64,000 bases of DNA from assembly GCA_050174015.1 (NCBI GenBank), contig JBFXKG010000002.1, positions 32,001-96,000 of the forward strand, given 5' to 3'. Position 1 is the first letter of the stretch. Each line of letters starts with the position of its first letter. This document shows, in pieces, positions 37,101-45,933 of the stretch. Both the position numbers and the translations under genes were made by a program. This stretch comes from Candidatus Krumholzibacteriia bacterium. Lineage in GTDB: Bacteria > Krumholzibacteriota > Krumholzibacteriia > LZORAL124-64-63. The notes under the pieces were generated by a model. That model was given only the letters and a program-made list of their open reading frames with translations, was not told the DNA's origin and made no database searches.

Positions 37101-37664
37101 TGAGGCCCGGCGCCGCAGCTCCCCGTCGTGGAACAGGTGCTCGGCGGGCCGCGCGGCGGGGTTGGTCACGTTCATGAACAGCAGGATCATCTCGAGGGAG
37201 GCCAGATCGGGCCCGCTCATCTCGTCGTTGCCGGTGGCGAGGAACTCGGCAGGCTTCTTCCCACCGGGCTTGACCGCAACCGGGGGAAACAACCCCACGA
37301 AGGTCGAGAACAGGTTCTCGACCGCATCGGCGCCCAGCCGCTGCTCGGCCCACTGGCGGCAACGCATCAGCCCGCCGGGATTGTCGCTAGTGAAGTACTG
37401 GCGGGTGACCCAGCGCAGGGCCTGGTTCACCGTGCGCAGGGCCAGCAGGATCTCGGCCTGGGTCGCGGGGATCTCGCCGGCCTTGCAGGCGGGGTCCTTG
37501 TGCACCGCGTCGGCCAGCTTGCGGATCTCATAGGACAGGTCGCCGAAGGCTCCGGAGGCGCCGCCCGGCAAAAGGGTCTCCACACCGAACCGGTCCCAGG
37601 AGGCTCCCGACAGGGGGAACCCGAAGACGAAGTAGCGTCCCGACAGCGGAATGGGGTCGTTCAT
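34164..37664 (-). CDS. Large alpha-amylase family (GH13) protein
   Basis: 'LWLIGLWERS', 'SDMVPNH', 'IRFDAA', 'LAEAFW', 'NFMNNPDE', 'TLPGLPMIGHGQ'. Confidence 0.85.
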   Translation of the reverse strand: MNDPIPLSGRYFVFGFPLSGASWDRFGVETLLPGGASGAFGDLSYEIRKLADAVHKDPACKAGEIPATQAEILLALRTVNQALRWVTRQYFTSDNPGGLMRCRQWAEQRLGADAVENLFSTFVGLFPPVAVKPGGKKPAEFLATGNDEMSGPDLASLEMILLFMNVTNPAARPAEHLFHDGELRRRASFLPFVTGLEEYLEEFEPHGSLGTSLFHLLRAPMLASPDSLSGQIAYIRDHWSHLLPDELVRSLQFALDVLKEIDAHRLAAYGPPPVLEFGPGTPGWLGEYPEPEAFSRDADWMANVVLMAKSVYVWLDQLSRWYGRPIRTLADIPDEELDRLARWGVNGLWLIGLWERSTASRTIKQWMGNPEAAASAYSLKEYAIAWDLGGEDAWRNLSERAGRRGIKLASDMVPNHMGIDSRWVDEHPEYFLQLEHPPYPGYKFTCENLSHTPGVGVRIEDGYWSHRDAAVVFQRVDERTGHARYIYHGNDGTSMPWNDTAQLNFLLPEVREAVTRVILDVARRFPIIRFDAAMTLAKKHYQRLWFPLPGDAGAIPSRAEHGMTREEFDRAFPVEFWREVVDRVAAEAPDTLLLAEAFWLMEGYFVRTLGMHRVYNSAFMNMLKMEDNQKYRQTLKNVLEFSPGILQRFVNFMNNPDERTAVEQFGRGDKYFGCMVLMVTLPGLPMIGHGQIEGFTEKYGMEYRKAYWDEQIDQDMVRRHEREIFPLMRRRHLFSGAENFALFDFEHDQGWVDENVFAYANGQGDQRVLIIYNNAYESTSGRIRLSSAINRGSADDPSLRQVSIAEALALDCSPGVWYALFDHADGLQYLRTGRDLCEHGLHTTLHGYQYRAFLGIRRLEGGDGEWAGLAASLQGGGAPDLQRARLRRALEPQLAEVRRWMAPEVLAWIECRAVAAGGEADGRPSGVKPLPAVGEADGRPSGVKPAKADSADDGTSGGKSDDAEDSVLGVLPASLRELALRLRRVMEQPIPEKLGKGSQKELAALREAIPHSRALQVVYLAGVLAEAVSPEHGLADEARSLVGEDMDAALREWLGHDHAARMAGWAARLLAASPEAAVGMAAGKTSWMTSVVERPEAGSFLGINEHAGVTWFSAENLDDWLLIVGVAALAGEAPADVVPLLDARSLLRQAAKKAEYRLKEFRKLVG
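34830..34913. repeat. In-frame 36-bp direct repeat x2 (48-bp period) inside the GH13 gene
   Basis: CGGCTTCACCCCGGAAGGCCGCCCGTCGGCTTCGCC at 34830 and 34878; encodes GEADGRPSGVKP twice. Confidence 0.9.
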
Positions 37665-37765
37665 GGGGAGGTCCTGTCCTTTCCGACTTGCTTGGCATCC
37701 AGGGCAGCCCCCATTATGGTGTCGGATTCATAAATGACAAGTTCACTCTTTGCAAGGAGCCCGCC

Positions 37766-39562
37766 TTGAAGAAGATGATCCGAGTCGGCAACGCCGGCGG
37801 ATACTGGGGAGACGACATGGATGCCCTGCGCCGCCAGCTCACCGGCGGCAAGCTCGATTACGTCACGATGGACTTCCTGGCCGAGATCACCATGTCCATC
37901 CTGCGCAAGCAGCAGCTCAGCAATCCCGAGCTGGGATACGCCAAGGACTTCCTGACCCAGCTGGAGACCTGCCTGCCCCTGATCGCCGAGAAGAAGGTCC
38001 GGGTCATCAACAACGCCGGGGGCATGAATCCCATCGGGCTGGGCCGGCAGATCCGCGCCCTGGCCCGCCGCCTGGGCCTCGACATCAAGGTCGGCGTGGT
38101 CTACGGCGACGACATCTCGACCCGCCTGTACGAGCTGACCGCCGACGGCGAGAAGTTCACCAACATGGAGACGGGCGAGGATTTCACCACCGTGCGCAGC
38201 CGCATCACCTCGGCCAACGTCTACCTGGGCGCCGAGCCGGTGGTGGCCGCCCTGGACGAGGGGTGCGACATCGTGGTCACCGGGCGGGTCACCGACACCG
38301 GCCTGACCCTGGCGCCCATGATCCACGAGTTCGGCTGGGCCATGGACGACTGGGACCGCATGGCTGCCGGCATCGTGGCCGGACACATCATCGAATGCGG
38401 GGCCCAGGGCAGCGGGGGCAACATCACCGACTGGCACGAGGTCCCCTCGTTCCACAACATGGGCTACCCCATCATCGAGATGCACCGCAGCGGCGAGTTC
38501 TACGTCACCAAGCACAAGCGCACCGGCGGCCTCATCAACGAGAAGTCGGTCAAGGAGCAGCTCGTCTACGAGATGGGCGATCCCGGGCAGTACATCTCGC
38601 CCGACGGCGTGGCCTACTTCGACAGCATCACGGTGGAGGAGGCCGGCCGCGACCGCGTCAAGGTCAGCGGCGTGCGCGGCGGTCCCGCGCCCGAGATGTT
38701 CAAGGTCTCCATGGCCTTCCAGGACGGCTGGAAGGCCGAGGGCGAGATCCTCGTCAGCGGCCCCGAGGTGGAGAAGAAGGCGGAATGCGTCGAGGAGATC
38801 TTCTGGGAGAAGGTCGGGCACGAGTTCGAGGAGACGGCCACGGCCCTGACGGGCGCGGGCTCCATCTGGCCCGACCACCTGTCCACCTGCAGCACCAACG
38901 AGATCTACCTCAGGTTCGGCGTGCGGGACCACGATCTGCACAAGATCAACGACTTCAGCAAGACGGTGCCGGCGCTGATCCTCGCCGGCCCCTCGGGCAT
39001 GGCCGTCAGCACCCGCGGCCGGCCCCGGCCCCAGCAGGTCATGGCCTACTGGCCGGCCCTGATGCGCCGCGACCGGGTGTCGGCCAAGGTCCTGACCCTG
39101 GCCACCGACTGCAAGGAACACTTCCAGGAGATCCGGTTCCCGATCCGGGGCGAGGTCGGCGAGCCGGCCCGCAGCGGCGTCAAGGCATCCCGCCCGCAGC
39201 GGCGGACGTGGCCCGGGCGGACGGTCACCGTGCCCCTGCGCCGCATCTGCTACGCCCGCAGCGGCGACAAGGGGGACACCTGCAACATCGGCGTGCTGGC
39301 CCGGTCGGCGGCCGCCTACGAGTGGATCAAGGTCAAGCTCACCCCCGCGGTGGTGAAGAAGTTCTTCGGCGACAAGGTCAAGGGCGAGGTCACGCGCTAC
39401 GAGTTGGACAACCTGCAGGGCTTGAACTTCCTGCTTGCCGGGGCCCTCGGCGGCGGCGGCACCCGCAGCCTGCTGGTCGATCCCCAGGGCAAGACCATGA
39501 GCCAGGCCCTGCTGGAGATGCAGGTCAAGGTTCCGGTCGGTCTGCTGCGCGGATTGAAGTAG
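37766..39562 (+). CDS. AtuA-family (DUF1446) protein with fused C-terminal domain
   Basis: 'IRVGNAGGYWGD', 'DFLAEITM', 'GRVTD', 'GHIIECGAQGSGG', 'EQLVYE..YISPD', 'ARSGDKG', 'DPQGK'. TTG after AAGGAG. Confidence 0.88.
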   Translation: MKKMIRVGNAGGYWGDDMDALRRQLTGGKLDYVTMDFLAEITMSILRKQQLSNPELGYAKDFLTQLETCLPLIAEKKVRVINNAGGMNPIGLGRQIRALARRLGLDIKVGVVYGDDISTRLYELTADGEKFTNMETGEDFTTVRSRITSANVYLGAEPVVAALDEGCDIVVTGRVTDTGLTLAPMIHEFGWAMDDWDRMAAGIVAGHIIECGAQGSGGNITDWHEVPSFHNMGYPIIEMHRSGEFYVTKHKRTGGLINEKSVKEQLVYEMGDPGQYISPDGVAYFDSITVEEAGRDRVKVSGVRGGPAPEMFKVSMAFQDGWKAEGEILVSGPEVEKKAECVEEIFWEKVGHEFEETATALTGAGSIWPDHLSTCSTNEIYLRFGVRDHDLHKINDFSKTVPALILAGPSGMAVSTRGRPRPQQVMAYWPALMRRDRVSAKVLTLATDCKEHFQEIRFPIRGEVGEPARSGVKASRPQRRTWPGRTVTVPLRRICYARSGDKGDTCNIGVLARSAAAYEWIKVKLTPAVVKKFFGDKVKGEVTRYELDNLQGLNFLLAGALGGGGTRSLLVDPQGKTMSQALLEMQVKVPVGLLRGLK

Positions 39563-39607
39563 TCCGGAAGGCTTCCCGGTTTGCCACCTTTCCCGGAGCG
39601 TGATCCG

Positions 39608-39636
39608 GAAAATCCCCCGTCTGGTGGGGGATTTTC
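39608..39636 (+). terminator. Hairpin after the atuA-like gene, similar to the core of element A
   Basis: GAAAATCCCCC-GTCTGGT-GGGGGATTTTC followed by a T-rich run. Confidence 0.65.
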
Positions 39637-39820
39637 TATTTTCAAAAAACATGGGGTCTTATAAGAAAATTGACATTTTTTTGACCCGGAATTTTTACAA
39701 ATCGAACACCAATCGGTTAAGATCAACCCCTCAAGGGGGCCGATCCCCGGCGGCGCCATGCCGACCCCCGTACGCCGGCGTTCGGCGTCGCGGGACACGT
39801 ATCATTTCGGGAGGATCCAC

Positions 39821-40507
39821 ATGAACCGCATCATTTCCGCTCTCCTGCTCTGCCTCGTCGCCTTCGGCGCCCAGGCCGGGGTGATCAGCGACATCCAGAA
39901 CGGTCTGGTCGCCGAGAACACCAACGTGGACCTGTACAACGTGACCGTCGTGGCCACCCGCTACAACGGTTTCTTCGCCGCGGAGGCCCCCTTCGGCGCC
40001 ACCAACGGCATCTGGGTCTACACGGGTTCCGACACGGGCGCTCTGCCCGGCGACGTGGTCACCATCCAGGGCGGCCTGTATTACGAGTACTATGGCCTGA
40101 GCGAGGTCGAGGCCACCGCCACCGTCGGTGCGGTCGTGACCATCATGGGCCCCGGCGCCGTCCCGGCTCCCATCTACGTGGAAGCCGCCTCCCTGCTGGC
40201 CGATCCGGAACCCTGGGAGAGCTGCTACATCATGATCACCGACGGGATGCAGGTCACCGTGGCACCCAACTCCTACGGCGAGTGGTTCGCGGACGCCCTC
40301 GGGGGCGGCACCATCATGTTCGACGACTACTGGTACGACGACACCACGGTCATGGTCGGCGATTGCTACAATCATGCCGCGGGCCTGCTGAACTACAACT
40401 TCAACGCCTTCAAGCTGGAAGTCCTGGCTGACGGCATCGAGATCGTCGATTGCGCCGTGGACAGCGACGAGACCAGCTTCGGCGCCGTGAAGGCCTTGTT
40501 CCGCTAA
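39821..40507 (+). CDS. Secreted protein with OB-fold-like repeats and C-terminal SFGAVKALFR tail
   Basis: Signal peptide MNRIISALLLCLVAFGAQA. 'ISDIQ..GIWVY..GDVVTIQG..EYYGLSE..EPWES' resembles OB-fold modules of extracellular nucleases. GGAGG upstream. Confidence 0.75.
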   Translation: MNRIISALLLCLVAFGAQAGVISDIQNGLVAENTNVDLYNVTVVATRYNGFFAAEAPFGATNGIWVYTGSDTGALPGDVVTIQGGLYYEYYGLSEVEATATVGAVVTIMGPGAVPAPIYVEAASLLADPEPWESCYIMITDGMQVTVAPNSYGEWFADALGGGTIMFDDYWYDDTTVMVGDCYNHAAGLLNYNFNAFKLEVLADGIEIVDCAVDSDETSFGAVKALFR

Positions 40508-40532
40508 ATCGACGCTCCTTGCCTGCCCCATG

Positions 40533-40560
40533 GGCCCGGACTCCTGTCCGGGCCTTTTTT
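40533..40560 (+). terminator. Rho-independent terminator
   Basis: GGCCCGGAC-TCCT-GTCCGGGCC-TTTTTT. Confidence 0.85.
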
Positions 40561-40667
40561 ATCAATAATCCCCACATCCCAGGGGTAATTATTGATTGAG
40601 ATCATGGCCCGGGAGACCGACAATCCCCGGGCAGAGGGAATTCACGGGAAAAGGGGGAGAGGACATC

Positions 40668-41336
40668 TTGCAGGGGCTGTTCATTCTGGTTTTCCTGGCG
40701 ATCGCGATCACCATCGGGGTGATCGCCTGGCGTCAGGAACAGAAGCGGCGCGATGCCCTGCTGGCCTGGGCCCACCGTAAGGGGTGGCGGCTGGACAGCT
40801 CGGGCCGCAAGGACCGGCACAAGACCTGGCCGGGACTAAAGCTATTCGACCGGGGCCATTCCAGGAGCAGCAAGAACGTCGTCACCGGCACCATCGAGGG
40901 ACTCGACGTCGCCTGCATCGACTTCCAGTACGTCACCGGGACGGGCAAGAACCGCCAGACCCACCGGCGCGGCGTGGTGATCCTGGATTGCGGCTTCCCG
41001 ACCATCCCCCTGCAGATCCGTCGCGAGCACGCCTTCGACAAGGTGGGGGAGTTCCTGGGCAAGGACGACATCGACTTCGAATCCGCCGAATTCAGCCGCA
41101 GGTTCTACGTCACCTCGAGCGACCGGAAGTGGGCCTACGACATCATCCACGGCCGCACCATGGAGTACCTCCTGGGCGCCCCGGACTTCGGCATCGAGTT
41201 CGGCTTCCATGAGATCGCGGTCTACCGCAACGGTTTCAACCAGCCGCCGCAGCACGAGCAGGCCCTGGACGTGGCGCTGGCCCTGTACCGGCTGATCCCC
41301 GACTACGTGATCCGGCAGATGAAAGGCGTGAAGTGA
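40668..41336 (+). CDS. LemA-associated membrane protein (DUF3137-like)
   Basis: N-terminal TM helix and 'DIDFESAEFSRRFYV..D.KWAYDIIH.RTME'; coupled to lemA. Confidence 0.7.
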   Translation: MQGLFILVFLAIAITIGVIAWRQEQKRRDALLAWAHRKGWRLDSSGRKDRHKTWPGLKLFDRGHSRSSKNVVTGTIEGLDVACIDFQYVTGTGKNRQTHRRGVVILDCGFPTIPLQIRREHAFDKVGEFLGKDDIDFESAEFSRRFYVTSSDRKWAYDIIHGRTMEYLLGAPDFGIEFGFHEIAVYRNGFNQPPQHEQALDVALALYRLIPDYVIRQMKGVK

Positions 41337-41896
41337 TGGCCTGGCAGATCCCCCTCGGCATCCTGGTTGCGGTCCTCCTGTGGGCGGCCCTGAACTACAA
41401 TGCGCTGGTCCGCGGCCGGCAGCACGTCCGCGAATCCTGGGCCGACATCGACACCGAGCTGAAGCGCCGGTACGACCTGATCCCCAACCTGGTAGCGGCG
41501 GTCAAGGGCTACGCCGCCCACGAACGCGAAACCCTGGAGGCGGTGACCGCGGCCCGCGAGCGGGCCCGCAATTCCCACGGCAGCCCCGGTCAGCAGGCCG
41601 CCGACGAAAAGACCCTGGTGGCCGGCCTGCAGAAGCTGCTGGCGGTGGCCGAGGCCTATCCCGACCTCAAGGCCAACGCGAACTTCCTGGCGCTCCAGCA
41701 GGAACTAACCAACACCGAGGACCGCATCCAGGCCGCCCGTCGCTTCTACAACGGCAACGTCCGCGACCTGAACACGCGCATCGAGGTGTTCCCCTCCAAC
41801 GTCATCGCCTCGCTGTTCCGGTTCCGTCCCGAAGAATTCTTCGAGGTCGAGAGCGCGGTGATCCGCCAGGTGGTGGACGTGTCCTTCGGCGACTGA
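41336..41896 (+). CDS. lemA: LemA family protein
   Basis: 'YNALV..WADIDTELKRRYDLIPNLV..YAAHE', 'EAYPDLKAN..LQQEL..ARRFYN..FPSN'. Confidence 0.93.
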   Translation: MAWQIPLGILVAVLLWAALNYNALVRGRQHVRESWADIDTELKRRYDLIPNLVAAVKGYAAHERETLEAVTAARERARNSHGSPGQQAADEKTLVAGLQKLLAVAEAYPDLKANANFLALQQELTNTEDRIQAARRFYNGNVRDLNTRIEVFPSNVIASLFRFRPEEFFEVESAVIRQVVDVSFGD

Positions 41897-42000
41897 GGGA
41901 CCGTTCGCGGCCGGTTGCCATCCGTCCCGGCCGGTATATACTGGTCGCCGGACCAGACGCGGCCGCCGCCGTTTCCAGATCGCAACCCGGGAGTCCGTCC

Positions 42001-43968
42001 ATGAGCCCGAGCCACGCCCTGTTCACCCCGTTCGCCAAGGCCGCCGAATCGTTCACGGTGGACCGGAACCTGGTCGCCCACGCGGGGCTGGACCGCTGGG
42101 CCGCCCAGTTCCAGCTGGGCACGGCGGGATACCGGGATCTCCTTGATCCGGACGACCTGTTCAACCTCGAGGTCCCCTTCAACGGGCTGACGGTGGGGAT
42201 CATGCTGGAAGCCCGGTCCCAGCTGGCGGTGGAAAGGAACCTGAAGGCCCTGCACGTGGGCGGGGAGGTCCGTCCCCACACCCAGGAGTTCATCGACCTG
42301 GCCGCCAGGATCTACGCGGCGAAGGGCATCCGGGTGCACCTGAGCCCTGCCGACCGGCGCACGACGCCCATCTGGCTGTCCAGCTTCGGGGTCTTCTACG
42401 AGGAGCTCGACGGCGGCGAGAACTTCACCGCGAGCCACAGCCAGAGCTACAAGGGCGGCTGGAAGCCCATGGATGGAAGCGGAGGCCAGCTGCTCGAGAT
42501 GGCGGGCCTGATCGCCGACCGGGTGCGCGAACTGGTGGCCGGGGCCGCCCGCTCCGGCTTGAAGATCGAGCTGGCTGCGGCCAACGATCCCCTCATCCGG
42601 CGGGATTTCGATCCCTACGACGCCTACCTGGAGTACCTGCGCCAGGTCGTCCCCGGGCCCCTGCTCGGGGAGATCGGACCGGCGGCCGCCGGTGGATTCA
42701 AGGCGGCCTTCTGCACGGAGGGCGGCTCCATGGCCGCCGCCGCGCGCCGCATCTTCGGCGGCCTGGACGTGAAGGTGGGCGAGGAGGGACCCGTATTCCT
42801 GACCCATGACCGGGAGAGCACCACCTACCACGGCATCGGGATCGTCGACGGGGTCAATCACGGCGTGGATCCCGGCAAGTGGCAGGTGTACAAGCACGTC
42901 GGGGCCCAGGAACTGCTGCGGGACCGCAAGTGCCACGTCTTCTTCATCTGGGATCCGGACGGGGACCGCTTCAACATGGTCACCGTGGCGCCCGCCTCCC
43001 TGGCGGACGAGGCCGCAGCCGCCGGCCTCGAGGTCGATCCTCTCGACCCCGACCGCTGCCTGGTCTACTTCAAGCCCAACCAGATCTACTTCATGCTGAC
43101 GGGGTTGAAGATCGAAGGGCTGCACCAGGCAGGAATCCTGGACTCCTACGACTGGATCGTGGCCTCGACCTATCCCACCAGCCTGAGCATCGGGGAGATC
43201 GCCGAGAAGACCAACGCGGCCACGGGGTCGGGTCTGCGCACCTTCAGGGTGCCGGTGGGTTTCAAGCACTTCGCCGCCCTGGTGAAGGATCTCGAGGGCC
43301 AGATCGCGGCCGCGGAAGGCCGGGACACCCGGGCCACCGACGTGACCGGCCGGAAGACAGTCTTCGGTCCCCGGCCCCGCCTGCTGATCATGGCCGAGGA
43401 GAGCGGCGGGGCCGCCATGGGCCCGGCCGAGCCCACCTGCAGCCGCGGCGGGGCCCGGACCAGCCTGGCGCCCAAGGAGAAGGACGCCATGCAGATCGGG
43501 GTGATGGCCCTGTGCCTGGCCGCCCGGCTGCACACCCGAGGCGGCAGCTTCGCCCGCTACTACCTGGACCTGCTGGAGAAGTACGACACCGACTACCGCT
43601 TCTACGAGCGCCGGGACGTCACCCTGTTCGACGAATCCCTGAAGGGGAAGGCCCGCGACCAGGCCAGGGCCGAGGGGAACCGGCGGAAGGAGGCCACCGT
43701 GGCCTTCTTCCTTGCCCTGGAAGGTCTCGAGCCTGCGGAGGCGGCGGCCCGGCTCCGGGCGGCCATGACGGAGGACGTGGCGCTGCCTGACATCAAGCGC
43801 ATCTTCCACGCCGGTGACGGCACCTACATCGAGTTCTCGGGGCAGTGGTTCGAGCTGAGGGCTTCGGGCACCGACGCGGTGCTGCGCTATTACATGGAAG
43901 GCCGGGACCAGGGGCGCGTGGCATCCCTCAACGAGGCGTTCACGCGGCTGCGGATTCCCGCTCAGTAG
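42001..43968 (+). CDS. Alpha-D-phosphohexomutase superfamily protein (divergent)
   Basis: 'LGTAGYR', 'TASHS' phosphoserine loop, 'DPDGDR' metal loop, 'VGFK', 'EESGG', 'RASGTD..LRYYME'. Confidence 0.85.
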   Translation: MSPSHALFTPFAKAAESFTVDRNLVAHAGLDRWAAQFQLGTAGYRDLLDPDDLFNLEVPFNGLTVGIMLEARSQLAVERNLKALHVGGEVRPHTQEFIDLAARIYAAKGIRVHLSPADRRTTPIWLSSFGVFYEELDGGENFTASHSQSYKGGWKPMDGSGGQLLEMAGLIADRVRELVAGAARSGLKIELAAANDPLIRRDFDPYDAYLEYLRQVVPGPLLGEIGPAAAGGFKAAFCTEGGSMAAAARRIFGGLDVKVGEEGPVFLTHDRESTTYHGIGIVDGVNHGVDPGKWQVYKHVGAQELLRDRKCHVFFIWDPDGDRFNMVTVAPASLADEAAAAGLEVDPLDPDRCLVYFKPNQIYFMLTGLKIEGLHQAGILDSYDWIVASTYPTSLSIGEIAEKTNAATGSGLRTFRVPVGFKHFAALVKDLEGQIAAAEGRDTRATDVTGRKTVFGPRPRLLIMAEESGGAAMGPAEPTCSRGGARTSLAPKEKDAMQIGVMALCLAARLHTRGGSFARYYLDLLEKYDTDYRFYERRDVTLFDESLKGKARDQARAEGNRRKEATVAFFLALEGLEPAEAAARLRAAMTEDVALPDIKRIFHAGDGTYIEFSGQWFELRASGTDAVLRYYMEGRDQGRVASLNEAFTRLRIPAQ

Positions 43969-45875
43969 CGGAAGGTCCCGAACATCTCGATCCCGGAGAA
44001 GGCGGGCTCGAACTTGCAGACGCCCCCCGAGCAGATGAACCCTTCCTGCCGGCGGCCGAACCACAGGTTCAGGTTGCCGCCACCATCTAGGGTGTAGCTG
44101 ACCTGGCCGGCAGGGAAGGGGCCTTCATCCTCGGTGAGTCCCCGCTGCTCGGCGTACTTGTTGTTGGTCTCCAGGAAGGCGGCCACCGCCCAGCGGCGCG
44201 CGGTCTCCAGCTCCAGCTTGAACCACTGCTGGTCGTGTTCGCCCAGGTCGAAGCCCCGTCCTCCCCCCAGCCTCACGTGCTGGTGTTCGGCCTGGATCGT
44301 CCAGGAAGTGGACGGCCCTGCCCGCCACGTCAGCTCGCCCACCACGGTCTGCCTCAAGCCCTCGTTGTCCTGGTAGGCGAAGCCGGCCTGCCAGGCCACG
44401 GGACCGCCCGCATCCCGCTGGATTCCGCCGTAAGCCAGATCGTAGATCGTGACGCCGGCCTGGTTCTCCAGGCTGGCGCCGGTGGCCTGCAGGGACCAGT
44501 CCCCCCGGGTGTACTGGAGGTCGAGATTCCGGCCGCGTTCGTCGTCGGCGTTGAGGTTGTGCGGGGCCCGGTTGAGCAGGGTCCAGGTCAGTTCCCTGGC
44601 CAGGGAGGGGGGGCGGTTCAGGCTGGTCTTGCCGTCGGCGCGAGCCAGGACGGTGAAATGCTCGTAGTCCATGACCTCCAACGAAACGGCCCACGGGCCG
44701 TGGTAGAGGTTCAGATTTCCGTACAGGGCCCTGCCGGCGCCCTCGGCGTAGAGCCCGGCTTCGGGGTCGAATTCGTAGCGGTTCTTCCAGCCGGCTTCGA
44801 GGTAGGTGTCGCCCCAGGAGAAGTTCTGCCGCGCCCGGACGGCGGTCGCCCACTCGCGGTGGACGGTCCCGTCCTCGGCGGAGAAGTCGTCCGGCCGGAA
44901 GGTCAGGCCGGATACGGCGAGGAAGGGCCCCCCATCGAGGGCGTAGCCCACGTCCAGACCGCGGACGTCCACCGGCCGGTCCAGGGGAGTGCCCGAGAAG
45001 GCGGTGGCCTGCCAGCGATTCCGCCCACCCGTGGCGATGATGCCGTCGAGGCGGGTGTCGATCCGGATGGTGCGGTCCTCGTAGGCGTTGAAGATCAGGC
45101 CCCGGCCGAAAAGCCCGTAGAAGTGGCCGGCGCGGACGGCCGCTTCGCCCCGCTTGAACTCCACGAACCGATGGGCGATCTCGTTGGAGCGCCCGCCCTC
45201 CTCGCTGGGAGCGCGGCTGTTCAGCAGGATGCCCGTCCGCAGCCCGTAGAGTTCGTAGTCGACGTCGAGCCAGTTCTCGAAGATCTCCTGCTTCGTCTCC
45301 GTGGAGTAGGAATATTCGAAGCGGTCGGAGGCGGTGACCCGGCCGGCGAAGGACGAGGCGGTCGGGCCGGGGGCCGCCGGCCGGTCCAGCAGGGCCTCGA
45401 TCACTGCGCGCAAGGCGTGTTCGTCCCCTTCCTTGTAGCCCAGGTGGCGATACGCCACCCGGCCCTGGCCGTCGAAGACGATCGTAAAGGGAATGGACCC
45501 GCCGACCTGCAAGAGTTCCTGGACCTCGGCCGCGGTGTCCAGGGGGACGATGAGGTCGTCGTACCCCGAGGCGGCGATGAAGGGGGCGACCTTGGCCACG
45601 GCCTTGGGCCCGTCGGTGTTCACGGCCAGGACGGTGACCCGTCCGCCGAAGTCCTCCGCCAGCGCCTCGAGGTGGGGAAGCTCCTTGAGGCAGGGCTTGC
45701 ACCAGGTGGCCCAGAAGGAAACCACGACCGGCCCCCGGGCCAGTCGCTCGCCGAAGGTGACCGTTCCGCCGTCGGCGGTGGGCAGGGACCAGTCGGCGCC
45801 GGAGGCGGAAGTCCCCAGGACCAGGAACAGGAGGGCGGCCGGCAGGCCGGGCAGCGCGGGAATTGGCCTCAACAT
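43962..45875 (-). CDS. TlpA/redoxin domain fused to a DUF6029-like outer-membrane beta-barrel
   Basis: Signal peptide and 'FWATWCKPC..E' thioredoxin domain, then 'GHFYGLFGRGLIFNAYE..D..LDG', 'NRPPSL' and C-terminal 'GFICSGGVCKFEPAFSG..FRY' with a terminal aromatic residue. Confidence 0.75.
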   Translation of the reverse strand: MLRPIPALPGLPAALLFLVLGTSASGADWSLPTADGGTVTFGERLARGPVVVSFWATWCKPCLKELPHLEALAEDFGGRVTVLAVNTDGPKAVAKVAPFIAASGYDDLIVPLDTAAEVQELLQVGGSIPFTIVFDGQGRVAYRHLGYKEGDEHALRAVIEALLDRPAAPGPTASSFAGRVTASDRFEYSYSTETKQEIFENWLDVDYELYGLRTGILLNSRAPSEEGGRSNEIAHRFVEFKRGEAAVRAGHFYGLFGRGLIFNAYEDRTIRIDTRLDGIIATGGRNRWQATAFSGTPLDRPVDVRGLDVGYALDGGPFLAVSGLTFRPDDFSAEDGTVHREWATAVRARQNFSWGDTYLEAGWKNRYEFDPEAGLYAEGAGRALYGNLNLYHGPWAVSLEVMDYEHFTVLARADGKTSLNRPPSLARELTWTLLNRAPHNLNADDERGRNLDLQYTRGDWSLQATGASLENQAGVTIYDLAYGGIQRDAGGPVAWQAGFAYQDNEGLRQTVVGELTWRAGPSTSWTIQAEHQHVRLGGGRGFDLGEHDQQWFKLELETARRWAVAAFLETNNKYAEQRGLTEDEGPFPAGQVSYTLDGGGNLNLWFGRRQEGFICSGGVCKFEPAFSGIEMFGTFRY

Positions 45876-45933
45876 CGTGCGGGATCCCCTTCGCATGGCA
45901 ACGGGAAGGCCGGCGGCCGCGCCGCCGGCCGCA

